Assembly: GCF_006345805.1 (NCBI RefSeq) | Contig: NC_043013.1 | Location: 23,312,001-23,376,000 of the forward strand | DNA: 64,000 nt | Direction: 5' to 3' | DNA from: Octopus sinensis | Lineage: Eukaryota | Shown here: positions 23,002-34,727 of the stretch, in pieces | Layout of the letters: every line of letters starts with the position of its first letter | How positions within the stretch are numbered: the stretch's first letter is position 1 | Made by a program: the position numbers and the translations under genes | The notes under the pieces: generated by a model | The model's database searches: none | The model's input: only the letters and a program-made list of their open reading frames with translations | What the model was told of the DNA's origin: nothing

Positions 23002-23560
23002 TATTATTATTATTATTATTATTTACTTTTAAGCTGCATGTTTGTTACAATCACTTGCTGAGACACACCCAGCGTCCTAGGGCGAGTGAAGGATAAGAGA
23101 TGTTACAGTATGACTGAAAGCTTGGGGAAGGGAAGTAGCAAGGGCAGTAGCGAAATATCTTCATGTAATACAACACAAACATTTAAACTGATGGGCTTTT
23201 CTAAGGATGTGGGCAGTACTTGTCAGCACAATATTTTGGATTTCTCTGAGACATGATTCTCCTGGGATGTTATCTAGATGTTTCTGACATCCCTTTCTTA
23301 TACTCAGGGCACCTACAATAATAGGAAAAGTTCTCACTTTAAGACGTCTGGTCGATTAGCTTGGATCGTTCTGTCGGTGTTGCCTGCAAAATCCCAGAGG
23401 ATAGCGACATTTTTACCTTTAACGACCTGTTCAGGATGATGTTCATACCAGTAAATAGGAGTGCTGATTTTGTAGTGTTTACATATTTTCCAATGTAAAT
23501 ACTCTCCCACCCTATCGTGGCAAGACAAGATGGGCAACTTTTCGTCAACTGGGAGCCACA
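23002..23560 (-). mobile_element. 5'-truncated R4/Dong-clade RLE non-LTR retrotransposon
   Basis: HDRVGEYLHWKICKHYKI...WYEHHPEQVV...ILWDF...TDRTIQANRPD, then PIIVGALS...EIQNIVLTSTAHILRK; the 3' end abuts a (TAA)n tract at 23002-23023. Confidence 0.88.
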
Positions 23561-24635
23561 TCGTACCATTTCAAGTGAGAGAGGGCCACATGATAAAATA
23601 CATATGCATGAAATATTACTTGCCCACTTTACACTGAAGTTTTTGCAGTTCAATCGTGTTGGCGCAACATTTCGTTTTTCCATATGCAGGAAATTAATCA
23701 CCAGCTCTAGAAGCTTATTGATCTCTCTTAGAATGACAGTTCTCGACTACACTTTGTCTTTGGCACATGCTACTGACCACACACAACTCATCTCTGACAA
23801 TGATGTATTTGACACCAGCCAGTTTCTGCTTTCATCTTCTCCACCAGATGCTTCTCTACATCATTGCTGTATGAACACTACGCGACCAACGGACCAACGG
23901 CAGCCTCTACACACCACCAAGCAGTACATCAACTATGTCTACAAGTTCAACAGTCCAGCCTAACCATGAAGTCTCTCACACATCTTTGTTGTAACCTGTT
24001 ATTTCATTTCATGTGTGTCTATCATTATAAAAATTAAGTTAGGTGTTAAATTCATTTGAGGTTGCTATGGATACTCTGGACATTCTCAGTGTTGCAAAGA
24101 TTTAATTTTCTTGTGCAAAATCAAAACTTGATATGAAATGCAAATAAATTTTGGATTAGGCTATTTAACGAGGCATTTGAAAAAAAATAAAAAGACAAAA
24201 AAATAGGGCTGGCTGTTGAAAGTTTGAAGATTCTGATTCAATTTCCTAATAGATACTCCTCAACCAAACAACTACCAAATTTCTGAGCCAGGATTCAAAA
24301 TCGAATCCACATATTTCTATGAGTCATCAGCCTATTGTTTTAGCCTGTTGCACTAGGAAATTTATGAGAATAATCTGACCTCATGATCTTTCTCGAGCGT
24401 CAAAGATGATTAGAAAGGAGAAATCCTTTCTTCATCTTGACCTAATTTAGTTATGAAGAATATAAATACACAGCCAAATATCAGTCTATATCTTTGGTCA
24501 CTCAGCATCGAGCCGAAGAGCACAACTGTCTCAGTATGCTGGTCAACGCGTGAGGGTAGATCTATCACCCTTTCTATGTAGCTAGATTTTTATTACTCTG
24601 TCTCTTTTTAGTAGTAACTCAAAGATGAAGCTTAC

Positions 24636-24683
24636 CACACACAATGGACTGGGGATCTTCAGATAACTTGTGTTCACAAACAA
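24636..24683 (-). CDS. Probable internal exon of gene A
   Basis: Acceptor aactttttgtag and strong donor GTG/gtaagc, 48 nt. Open as VCEHKLSEDPQSIVC (phase 1-1, joining the 22397 exon in frame) or LFVNTSYLKIPSPLCV (phase 0-0). Confidence 0.55.
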
Positions 24684-25039
24684 CTACAAAAAGTTTCTAT
24701 ATTGTAACGACAAACATAATAATCATATTAATAAATGACCATCTTATTAGGCTAATAATGTTCTTCATTCATTCATTCATATATCCGATGCATCATGATG
24801 TTAAACTTTGCCGTTATGCCCCCTGCAAGAAAAGGTTCTCAGTGAATGACTTATATTATAAAGCAGAACAAAATGTCGACTTTACAGGTTGAACCAATCG
24901 ATGAGAGTTGCATTGTCTTCATTGTCGTGGCGGATATTTTGATAAGACAAGTGCAAAATAATCCAAATCAAGAAATCTGCAGACCCATGTTATTTGATTT
25001 TCTAAAAGAATTCTGTGATCAATCTGTTATACTTTATCT

Positions 25040-25395
25040 TATCCTTTATTTGTTTCAGTTATTAGGCTGCGGCCATGCTGGGGCACCACCTTCAAGAATT
25101 TTAGTTGAACAAATCCACCCCAGGACTTATGTTTTTTTAAAAGCCTGGTACATGTTCTATTGGTCTCTTTTGCCGACACTAAGTTACGGGGACGTAAATA
25201 CCCCCCCCCCCCCGATTGTGAATCGGTGGTGGAGCACACATACATTATATACAATGGGCTTCTTTCAGTTTCCATCTACTAAATCCACTCACAAGGCGAT
25301 AGTAGAAAATATTTGGCCCAAGATGCTATGCTGTGGGACTGAACCTGGAACCATGTGATTGGGAAACAAACTTCTTAGCACAAAGCCACGCTGTG
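25040..25395 (-). mobile_element. Family C tRNA-derived SINE
   Basis: GGCCATGCTGGGGCACCACC...CAAATCCACTCACAAGG...GGGACTGAACCTGGAACCATGTG; the reverse complement carries A-box and B-box-like motifs. Confidence 0.85.
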
Positions 25396-25466
25396 CAGCT
25401 CTTATCAAATAGTATAGCTTGGGTAATTTATTTTTAGTAAAGGAAAATAAAAGATGTGTACATAAC

Positions 25467-25561
25467 TGTTCTTTCGATTCCTCCAAGACAATCGGACAAA
25501 TCACTGATGGCTGGATGCATCTCAGTAAACAGCAGCTCCCTACTTGAGTGGACTATGATGT
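25467..25561 (-). CDS. Possible internal exon of gene A
   Basis: Acceptor gaatagttttaag; open frame xIIVHSSRELLFTEMHPAISDLSDCLGGIERT; the donor is weak (ACA/gttatg). Confidence 0.4.
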
Positions 25562-27682
25562 CTTAAAACTATTCAAAAGACTATTTCAAGTGGGGGCTGT
25601 TAAGTTAGACATGGGTTGAACCAATAATGGCCCAAACCTATTTCAGTTATCTAACTTACCAAGTTTAATGGTTCTTTCTTAACTTCACGGTAATATTTGA
25701 AATCTGAATCGTGGAAAATGTTTGAAGGATTTGGTTCTAGATAACCTGTCAGAAAGCAGGTGGGATCTAACATAGACAACGGCGGCACAGACAACAGTGG
25801 GCCACAACACAGTCATGGTAACAAGCTGCCAATGCCACGCTGTCTGTTGATTGGCTAAAATTACCCAAATTTCCTAACTTTAATGTCAAATAACATCAGA
25901 TTCTTTAACTTACGAGATAAAGTAATTGGTTGATCGTAATCAAAATTCATAGTTGTATCGATACACCAAAATTGAAAGTAATCTGAGCAAAATTAAGTAG
26001 TGGTAGGCGTGGCCGGGGGGAGTTCATTTTGCGACTGAGAAAGACTAAATCCAGCAGGTGATTTGATAGACTGGAAAATATCAAACCTTTTGGATTTTAC
26101 TTCCCCGGTATTCCTTTAGCATTACAAGAACTTTTAGAGTTAAATTCATCGACCAAGACAAAGACTGAAGTAAACGGAGTTTAAGCAGTATACCTCGAAG
26201 GTTTTGTTTATGTGTTTGTGTAGGTTTTTGTTATTCTGTGTTGGCTGACGCTAATATTTTGGTCCAATTCATTTCTAGCTGGAGATGCTACACTGGATGT
26301 AGAAATAGCTAACCTTGAAAATTTGAAGTTAACAAAACAGATTACAAAGCATCTGGAATGAAGTTAAAGAGGAAGAACACATCCTGAGATGATATTAAAC
26401 CTCCCTCCACCCCCTGGGGATGTAGGCGTGAGTCAAAAGCAGAAAAGAATGCATGATGAGGTAACATCTGATAGCGTTCTGGTAGAAATAACTGACGCTT
26501 ACGATTCACTAGACGAGACCTTTGTTTTAAAAAAAGCCATGTTTTAAATGTTTTGATTATTAATGTTGCTGCAGGATTAACTGTGCGTTTTAATGCCACA
26601 TGGCAGTTGGCTGAAGAAAAGTCTTAAAATAACCTAGGAAAAGAAAAAAATGAAAAAGAAAAAAGAAAAAACATTGTGTATGAGGAGTTAGTACACCAAT
26701 ATCTTATGGAATATAAAGATGTAGATTTTCGAACCAGAAATGCAAAATTTACTCTTAACACAAAATCACTGAAACCTATAGAATTACTAAATTTATTGCC
26801 TGACTACAAACTTTGAGATATTTTTAAATGTCTGTAATGATTTAAGAATATTGTTTACTTTTACTTTTAGAGTTAAATTCATCGACCAAGACAAAGACTG
26901 AAGTAAATGGAGTGTAAGCAGCACACCTCGAAGGAATTCTTCACTATACTCATTGCCAACCCTAACCATACTAACGGCATCCCATAGCTGCTGCTGAATT
27001 CACATATTTTATTTTTATCGATAAGAATAGCCTCGTGGTATAATATAGAGGAAATGGGTGCTACTTTGGCATGGGATTTACAAGGGAGATTACTCTAGGT
27101 TACGTTTTGAGTTATTTTGCATATGCTTAGCATTGTAAATGTATTTTTTTCAAATTTTTGTACTATTCTGATCATATGAAAACCATATAATAATTAAAAC
27201 AAGCATGTAGATCACCCGCCAAAGTAAATTTGCCCACGTAGATTAGATGGAAAGTAGCACTAACACAAAGTAAACTAAAAAGTTATCTAAAGTAATCCCC
27301 CTTTAAATTGTAGATCACACGGCAAAGTGGCCCCTTTCTTTAGGGATATGAGAAACTTCGATTAACTGGAATAGATTCATACAATGAAAAGACAAAAACT
27401 ACCGATATTTCAAATCTAAAAACAAACTGGAATTAACTACCATAAAATAAGCTAATTGAATTCTTTGAGAATTAAAGACGATCATGACAAGATTGGAATC
27501 TTGGCTTTAAAGTTAATGGAAAATATCGAGTGCGTTTCGGCCTTATTACACTTCTTCAGCAACAAAAGTCATAATCAGCGACGAATCAATATATATTGAA
27601 ACAGATAGATCTTAGTAACACTGATTATGAAAATCAACAGAACGACGGAGAGAGAAATATTTTACTGAAGCATTCTTCGTAC

Positions 27683-27791
27683 TAAGTACAAACACGATAG
27701 AGTATCCTATATGTAATATTGTCAAAGGAGAAATGAGATTATCTATGTGATTAGGAAACAAAATCTCCCTGTGATGATACTTCAGTTCTCT
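27683..27791 (-). CDS. Probable second coding exon of gene A
   Basis: Acceptor after a long pyrimidine tract (ctctcttgcttcttctataggtcttgtag); RELKYHHREILFPNHIDNLISPLTILHIGYSIVFVL. The 3' end is uncertain (donor after 27683 or 27666). Confidence 0.45.
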
Positions 27792-27851
27792 CTACAAGAC
27801 CTATAGAAGAAGCAAGAGAGATAAGTCCTGTCATGTTCGAGCTTGTTAAAC

Positions 27852-27908
27852 CGGTGTAATGTTTGGCTCGGTCACTTCTCTTTCATGAATCAGCTGACTG
27901 CTTGCCAT
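27852..27908 (-). CDS. Probable first coding exon of gene A
   Basis: Exon begins at 27936 after a strong (CT)n-gccttttttcag acceptor. ATG at 27908 gives MASSQLIHEREVTEPNITP, and a 60-nt intron (27792-27851) joins the next exon in phase 0. Confidence 0.45.
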
Positions 27909-27942
27909 TTAAAATATTTTTGAAAGGAAGGAAAGGCTGAAA

Positions 27943-27980
<38 letters not shown>

Positions 27981-27999
27981 TATTATGGGATATATGGTG

Positions 28000-28555
28000 A
28001 TTGAGTGATGAAGGAGATTATATATATAGAGGGGGAGAAGGCAGGCAAAAGTACACAATAGAGACTATTTGGGAAGGAGACTGAGAGATAAATACATACA
28101 AAAGAAACTGTAGGATATTAAAAAATATATTAATAAACACGTGGGAGTGTGTTTGTGCGTATTTAGATAGGTATGTTTCTTTATTAGCCACACAGGGCTG
28201 CACACAGACAGGACAAGATAGATAGATAGACAGACAGATAGATAGATAGATACATAGACAGATAAATAGATAGACACACAGAGAGATAGATAGACAGACA
28301 GATACACACATACATAGATAGACAGATAGAAATTGCGAGGTAGAGCAGGATTAAGAGAGAAAAAACAATATAAAAACAAGCATAAATAGTGAAATGAAAG
28401 ACAAATAGGGTATAGCTGAAGGTAAGAGTAAAGGAACGATAAACAGGGATCAGCAGAATGCGGGAGAAAAGGTTAGAAAGCACAGGTAGGAAGGGAATCT
28501 ATAAAGATTGAAGGAGATATGGGGAGAAAAGGTTTGAATCGTAGCAGAAGGTATT

Positions 28556-28592
<37 letters not shown>

Positions 28593-29830
28593 AATATATA
28601 ACAAATACGAAAGGTAAAGAACGTGAGTGACAAAAGAAACAAGAACGAGAAGGAAAAAACGTAAGTGGATGAGTGAGAATTATATGGGGAGATGGATGAG
28701 TAAAATAAATAAGGTTCGTTTGAAAGTAATACAGTGTAAGGAGAGGTAGGTGTAACCAGATAAAGCAACTTTTAAGAAAGCGCAAATATTGGCAGTAAAA
28801 AAGAGAGCGAGATAGAGAAGGTGAGATGTTAGAAAGGAATAAGAAATGATGGAGAAGTAAAAGAGATCTTAGTAAGACAGGTGTTGGACAAAAGGTCATT
28901 GCTCGTGCCCCTTCTTCTAGGCTCAACAAGTTAAAAGAGTGAGGAAGAATAAACGAAATTCGAAAAAATGCTACGATAAAAAAAAAAAATGAGGAACGGC
29001 ATCATTAGGTGGATTTTTTCGACAAGAACCATGTGCTTGACGTAAGATTGTGGTAAAATGTAAAGGTAATCAACTGTTGAGTTCTTTCTCGATTTTCACT
29101 ACGGCTGCCCGAACACTAAGAATATAAAATAGTGGAAAGCGTCTTGTCCAAAACTCTTACAGTTCTGTCAAGCCATTATCCGGTACCGTTACTTTATTTT
29201 ATTAATCTTGGTGGGATTTAAACTCAGAAAGTAAAAAGCAGAAATAACTACCGCAAGGCATTTTTGTCCCATGTTCTAATCCTACAATCCATTTTCTGAC
29301 TTGAATAAAATAAGCGTGTTAAGAAAAATAGGGGTCAGAGAGAGAAAGGGAAATGGGAAACGTGATATGAAAGGGATGGAAAACTTGAAATGACGTGATA
29401 ATGAATGAGTGAAAAAAGAAAGGAAAAAAGGTATTAAATGTTTATGGTGAGAGAGAAAGAGGGGAGGATGGGAGAAAGACAGCGTGGGATGATGTGTGGG
29501 GGGAGGTGAGAGAAGAAAGAGAAAGAGAATATCAAAATAAAAGAGAAAGAGGGAAGGAGTGTGTGTATGAAATTTGTTTCTACAGTGTTGAAAGAGAAAA
29601 ATGAGAGAAGGAATGAGGGAAAAAGACTGCTGACATTGACAGTGAGCCACTACTACACCTTTCAGAATATTGTAATAATAATAACAACAGTAATACACTC
29701 ACGTATTCCTTCCATCTCTCTCTCTCTCTCACCCGTCCAGTCATCCTTTCTCTCTCATTCAATCACTATTTCTCCTTCTCTCTATTCTATTTCTCTCACA
29801 TTGTTCTCGCTCTCTCTCTCCTCTTTCTTT
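28000..29830. repeat. Compound low-complexity region: (GATA/GACA)n, (GT)n and long purine/pyrimidine-skewed tracts
   Basis: Seen directly; accounts for the overlapping spurious ORFs. Confidence 0.9.
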
Positions 29831-30887
29831 TCCACTATCGCTCATTTCAAACATCGCTGTATTATCGCCAACAACAAACCATTATTATCAGTTATACTGA
29901 TAAACTTGTGATTATTAATTCCCATGTAACTGCCTAAACAAACCCTCATTTTCCCTTCTTTCGTGACATACAAGGTGTATATATTTATATATATACACAC
30001 ACAAATACATTTATATATGTATATACCTATTTATACATCATCACTTATCCATGTGCATTCGTTAAAAGGGTGCCTCGGGCCACCCTTTTAACTGAGTTCG
30101 TAAGCTCATTCAAATGACAAAGCGCTTCGTTCGAAAGGATTTATTTAAGCAGGCATATTTAAAAACCAATCTGGGAAGCCGGAAAGCTGGAAACCCCTCA
30201 GTTTAAGGTGTGTTTCCTTATCTTCGACCACAGCGATTTGTTATGGAAAATAGGTAAGCTTATAAATCTATATTTATATATGCCTATATATATATATATT
30301 TTCACTTATCTTCCGTCTCTTCCCTATATTTATATGCTATGCTGTTTGACTTCTGACCCCCGACTTTCAGTGTTATTTTCTTTTTAGTTTAATACCAATT
30401 GTGACATTATTATTGTTATTTTCATTCTTAAAGCAATTAAAATTTATCAATTTTTATTTGGTCAGTGCTTCTTGTATATAAAGTAATTGTCTCGTTGTTT
30501 TAATCAACCAAATCCTGTTCAACTCGTTACCTTCAACAACATACTTCTTAAATCTTTCATCTGTTATTGTCATCAAATCCCTCTCTAGAGTCTTTCATTC
30601 TTGTGCTTTTCTTAAAAACAGAACCTAGTCATCGACTCCACCCCCTTCCTGGATAAGAAAACCTCATCATTACCAGCGAATCTCATCTTCACTCCTTTTA
30701 AAATAATCTGAGACGGCATGTGTCATTGATTTGCGCCGTTTGAAGTCTTCGGGGGAAGAAAAAAAATTAACATCGCTAAACCCAATTCCCACACCCTGAA
30801 AATTTCAGGTTTTATACCTTCATAGAAAATCATGGGCTGTAATTTATTTTTTATCATCGATTTAAATGCGATTCGGTTTGCGCGCGC

Positions 30888-30923
<36 letters not shown>

Positions 30924-32819
30924 ACATGACTGCAAATGTGTATATATATATATGGGAGTGTTTAACCCGTATGTGTTTTTGTATATATTTACATTATTAG
31001 ATTAACAAATTTGAGGGCATTCTTTCGATATAGATATTCGAAAGAATGCCAATGTGAGTCAATATACACACCAAACCTCGTCCGGCTTTTCGTTAAATTA
31101 GATTTATTTCCTTTCGATATCATTTCACCTGAATCGGTTTATCTAATTTTCCAACCTACCAAAACTCAGATATTTATCTGTTTATATTAAACTGGTCAGC
31201 TGTGTCTATTTTTATTTTCCCCAAAATGCTGAGCTGTTTGTGTTTTTTATTTTCCTCTTTCCATAGTTTGTATGTAGTTCGAGAATGTCATGAACGTCCC
31301 GTCGTCTCCATTTCTTCTTTATAATAATAATAATAATAATAATAAACCTGAAACATCATGCTGATCGAATTTCAGGGTTTTTTTGTGTGTGGTGAGAACC
31401 GTGGGACAAATGATAAGCTCTCACACAGTCGGTCGGTCTGCTAGAAGTAGCTGTCAAATCATTCTCAAATTACACTATACTAATTTAAAATATAAGGGAA
31501 AAAACACACTGTACAGTGTAGTCCTATCTGCATAAACAAACAGAATGGTAAAGATATGAACACCTTTGACCGATTGTCCTAGGGCTAAACAACAACCCTT
31601 AGGGCTGTTTCGATTTTAGATCGAAATCAGTTCTCTTGTTTTGAATCGCTGTTGCAGGTCGGCAACGATAAAAATTTCCATTTGCTTTCCGATTAAAATA
31701 TAGAATATTTTGTTTTGTGGTGTAAAGGCAATAAATAAAACAAATAATCTCATGTGTGTATGCACCACAGAGGTTAATTCCCGGTCAACCGAGACCATGA
31801 CGCACTTTACAATTTCGTCATCAATTTCTCTTCACATGGCGATATTTTCTTTGAGAAAAGTGTGAATGTTACAACATCTCATTGCATACACACTGTAAAT
31901 CTGAACATTTCTGTTAGATGGATGAGAAATAAAAACCACCGGACAAAATAATTTATTATGTATTTCATTCCTGCCGTGTCTATTTTTCCTTCAGGTTCGA
32001 TGAAATAAACACCAGTAATATATTGATTAAAATTAGTATCGTATCTAATAAAATAAATACATAAGCCACGTCAAATCATGCATTTGGCGTGAACGTCCCA
32101 AAAGTTCACGCTTTTGTCAGACGATGTTTGTTTATCCTTTATTTATCTATTTATTTACCTGTGTTTTCGGCGAATGGGTTTTACAATCTGGTTTCAATTC
32201 CGCGCTGGAAATAGTTTAACAAATGACGTAGTTACCCGCGGAAAGAGACGGACGGTCACTACCCAACCGCCTACAATCTCTCATTTACAAATTTCAGGTT
32301 TAAAAGCCTTTTGTAAGGAATTCATTATTTGTTTGTGAATTTTCCTTTTAAGAGATATAGGTCAGTTTTCTATTTATGTAGAAGCAACTTGCTCGGCAAC
32401 CAGCTCGTGGAGGAATATCGACGGAGTCGTTCAACTTGTTCAGTGTCTACCAACAACTATCACACCATCTTACACTTTTAGAAAAGCCCCCACCCCGCGA
32501 ACAGGTTTTTGGACACCACGCCTCATTTAAAACTATATAAACAAACATTGCTTGTACCAACACTTGTGCATGAACGATACCAAACACTAGATGTCTCAAT
32601 AGATATACATGTCCAATGTGCTAGATTTATAGGTTTCCGCTCCCAAGCAGTTGACCAAGCTTCTTATGTGCCAAAAGTGTGCTGAAACAAAGATGTAAGT
32701 TACTCAACAACCCACAGGTGTGAGAGGAATCGCCGATATTGTTAAGAACATAACAGGCGCGAAACCAATGGTAACTTTCCGACCGGCCATAACCAACGAC
32801 AACATTATATATACGTATT

Positions 32820-33169
32820 TTCTTCTAATTGTTTCAGTAATTTTGACTGCGACCATGCTGGAGCACTGCCGTTAGTCGAACAAATCGACCCGAGAACTTA
32901 TTCTTTGTAAGCCTAGTACTTATTCGAGCGGACTCTTTTGCTGAACCGCTAAGTTACGGTGACGTAAACACACCAACATCAAGCGATGGTGGAGGCACAA
33001 ACATATATATATGATGGGCTTCTTTCAGTTTCCTTCTACCAAATCCACTCACAAGGCTTTGGTCGGTCCGAGGCTATAGTTGAAGCCACTTGCCCAAGGT
33101 GCCATGCTGTGGGACCGAACCTGGAACCATGTGGTTGGGAAGTAAACTTCTTACCACACAGCCACGCCT

Positions 33170-33211
<42 letters not shown>

Positions 33212-33590
33212 TTTTACTCGTTTCAGTCCTTTGACTGCAGCCATGCTGGAGCACTGCCTTACAGAGTTTTTTTAGTTGAAGAAATCGACCCCAAGACTTG
33301 TTCTTTGTAAACCTAGTACTTATTCTATCGGTCTCTTTTGACGAACCGCTAAGTAACAGGGATGTAAACACTCCAACATCGGTTGTCAAGCATGGTGGAG
33401 GACAAACATACAAACACACACACACATACGTATATGACAGGCTTCTTTCAGTTTCCATCTACCAAATCCACTCACAAAGCTTTGGATGGCCTGAGGCTAT
33501 AGTAGAAACCACTTGCCCAAGGTGCCACACAGTGGCACTGAACCCGGAACCATGTGGATGGGTAGCAAGTTTCTTGCCATACTCTCACAC
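32820..33590 (-). mobile_element. Two tandem family C tRNA-derived SINEs
   Basis: Copies at about 32820-33170 and 33210-33590, separated by (TA)n; heads at the high-coordinate ends. Confidence 0.9.
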
Positions 33591-34335
33591 ACACATACAC
33601 ATATATATATATAAACAGTTGTTGAGTAACTCTTACAACTTTCAGCATTTGCAGTGTATTGGAAGCCTGGCCAACTTGTTTGGGAGTGAAAACGTGCGAA
33701 TCCAGTTACATTGGACATGTCCTTTGAGTGATCCACTGTTTGGTTTTGGTCATAGATAAGTGCATGTGTTTGATTTTGTTTTCATGGATTTGTTATAGTT
33801 GGACTCGAATAATAAGTTAGCCAGCAGAGTTCACAACTGAAGTTAGGGCTATTACACTCTAGTTACACTGTTAATAGCAAAGAAGGCATGACCATTATGA
33901 TATCTCATTCTCCATCCGGTTCTCATTATTAGTATTAATTTTTTTTGTCTGCCTACAAGGGTGTAGCTGTGTAGACGGTCAGTACTAGAAAGGCTAGCAG
34001 ACAATCTGCATTATAGATGCGTCCATGGTCAAAATAGGTCTCAACTACTGGGGTGACTAAGCTTAAAGTAGGCTCTGTAAGAATGGTTCAGTTCACTTCT
34101 GTAAGCCAGCAGTAACCTTTTTTAAGTTGACAAATGTTTTGCCGAGTCCAAGTTCCTGGATCTCACTCTCTTGTGATGGTTTGCTATAAGGCTATGAGAT
34201 TAATTTGGCAGCAATATATAGGATCACAAAGCTTACTCCTTCTAGATTCGAACCAAAAATAGAGTAATACCTACAATTGTCATGCTAAAGTGTTGGATTA
34301 TTTGATCTCATAGACTCCAGCCATAAGTAGAGTCA

Positions 34336-34727
34336 AGGCGGCGAGCTAGCAGAAACGTTAGCACGCCGGGCGAAATGCTTTGTGGTATTTCGTCCGCTGC
34401 TACGTTCTGAGTTCAAATTCCGCCGAGGTCGACTTTGCCTTTCATCCTTTCAGGGTCGATTAAATAAGTACCAGTTATGCACTGGGGTCGATATAATCGA
34501 CTTAATCCGTTTGTCCTTGTTTGTCCTTTCTGTGTTTAGCCCCTTGTGGGTTGTAAAGAAATAGGTATTTCGTCTGTCTTTACGTTCTGAGTTCAAATTC
34601 TGCCGAGGTTAACTTCATCTTTCATCCTTTCGGGGTTGATAAATTAAGTACCAGTTATGCACTGAGATCGATGTAATCGACTGGCTCCCTCCCCCAAAAT
34701 TTCGGGCCTTGTGCCTAGAGTAGAAAG
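34336..34727 (+). mobile_element. Full-length dimeric family B SINE
   Basis: Two GTTCTGAGTTCAAATTC-containing arms; 14-bp TSD CATAAGTAGAGTCA at 34322-34335 and 34728-34741. Confidence 0.93.

Noticed and set aside
24846-25000. QNIRHDNEDNATLIDWFNL (-) resembling the WFxLV motif of bMERB domains
   Set aside because: The acceptor is poor and the phase leads to a stop in the next exon; similarity is limited to four residues.
25039-25504. ORFs such as METERSPL... (also 33036-33759 and 54935-55133)
   Set aside because: Read-through of family C SINE sequence, recurring wherever the SINE occurs.
34336-34727. tRNA gene calls from A/B-box motifs in families B and C
   Set aside because: No complete cloverleaf; multi-copy with TSDs and tails, so these are SINE heads.
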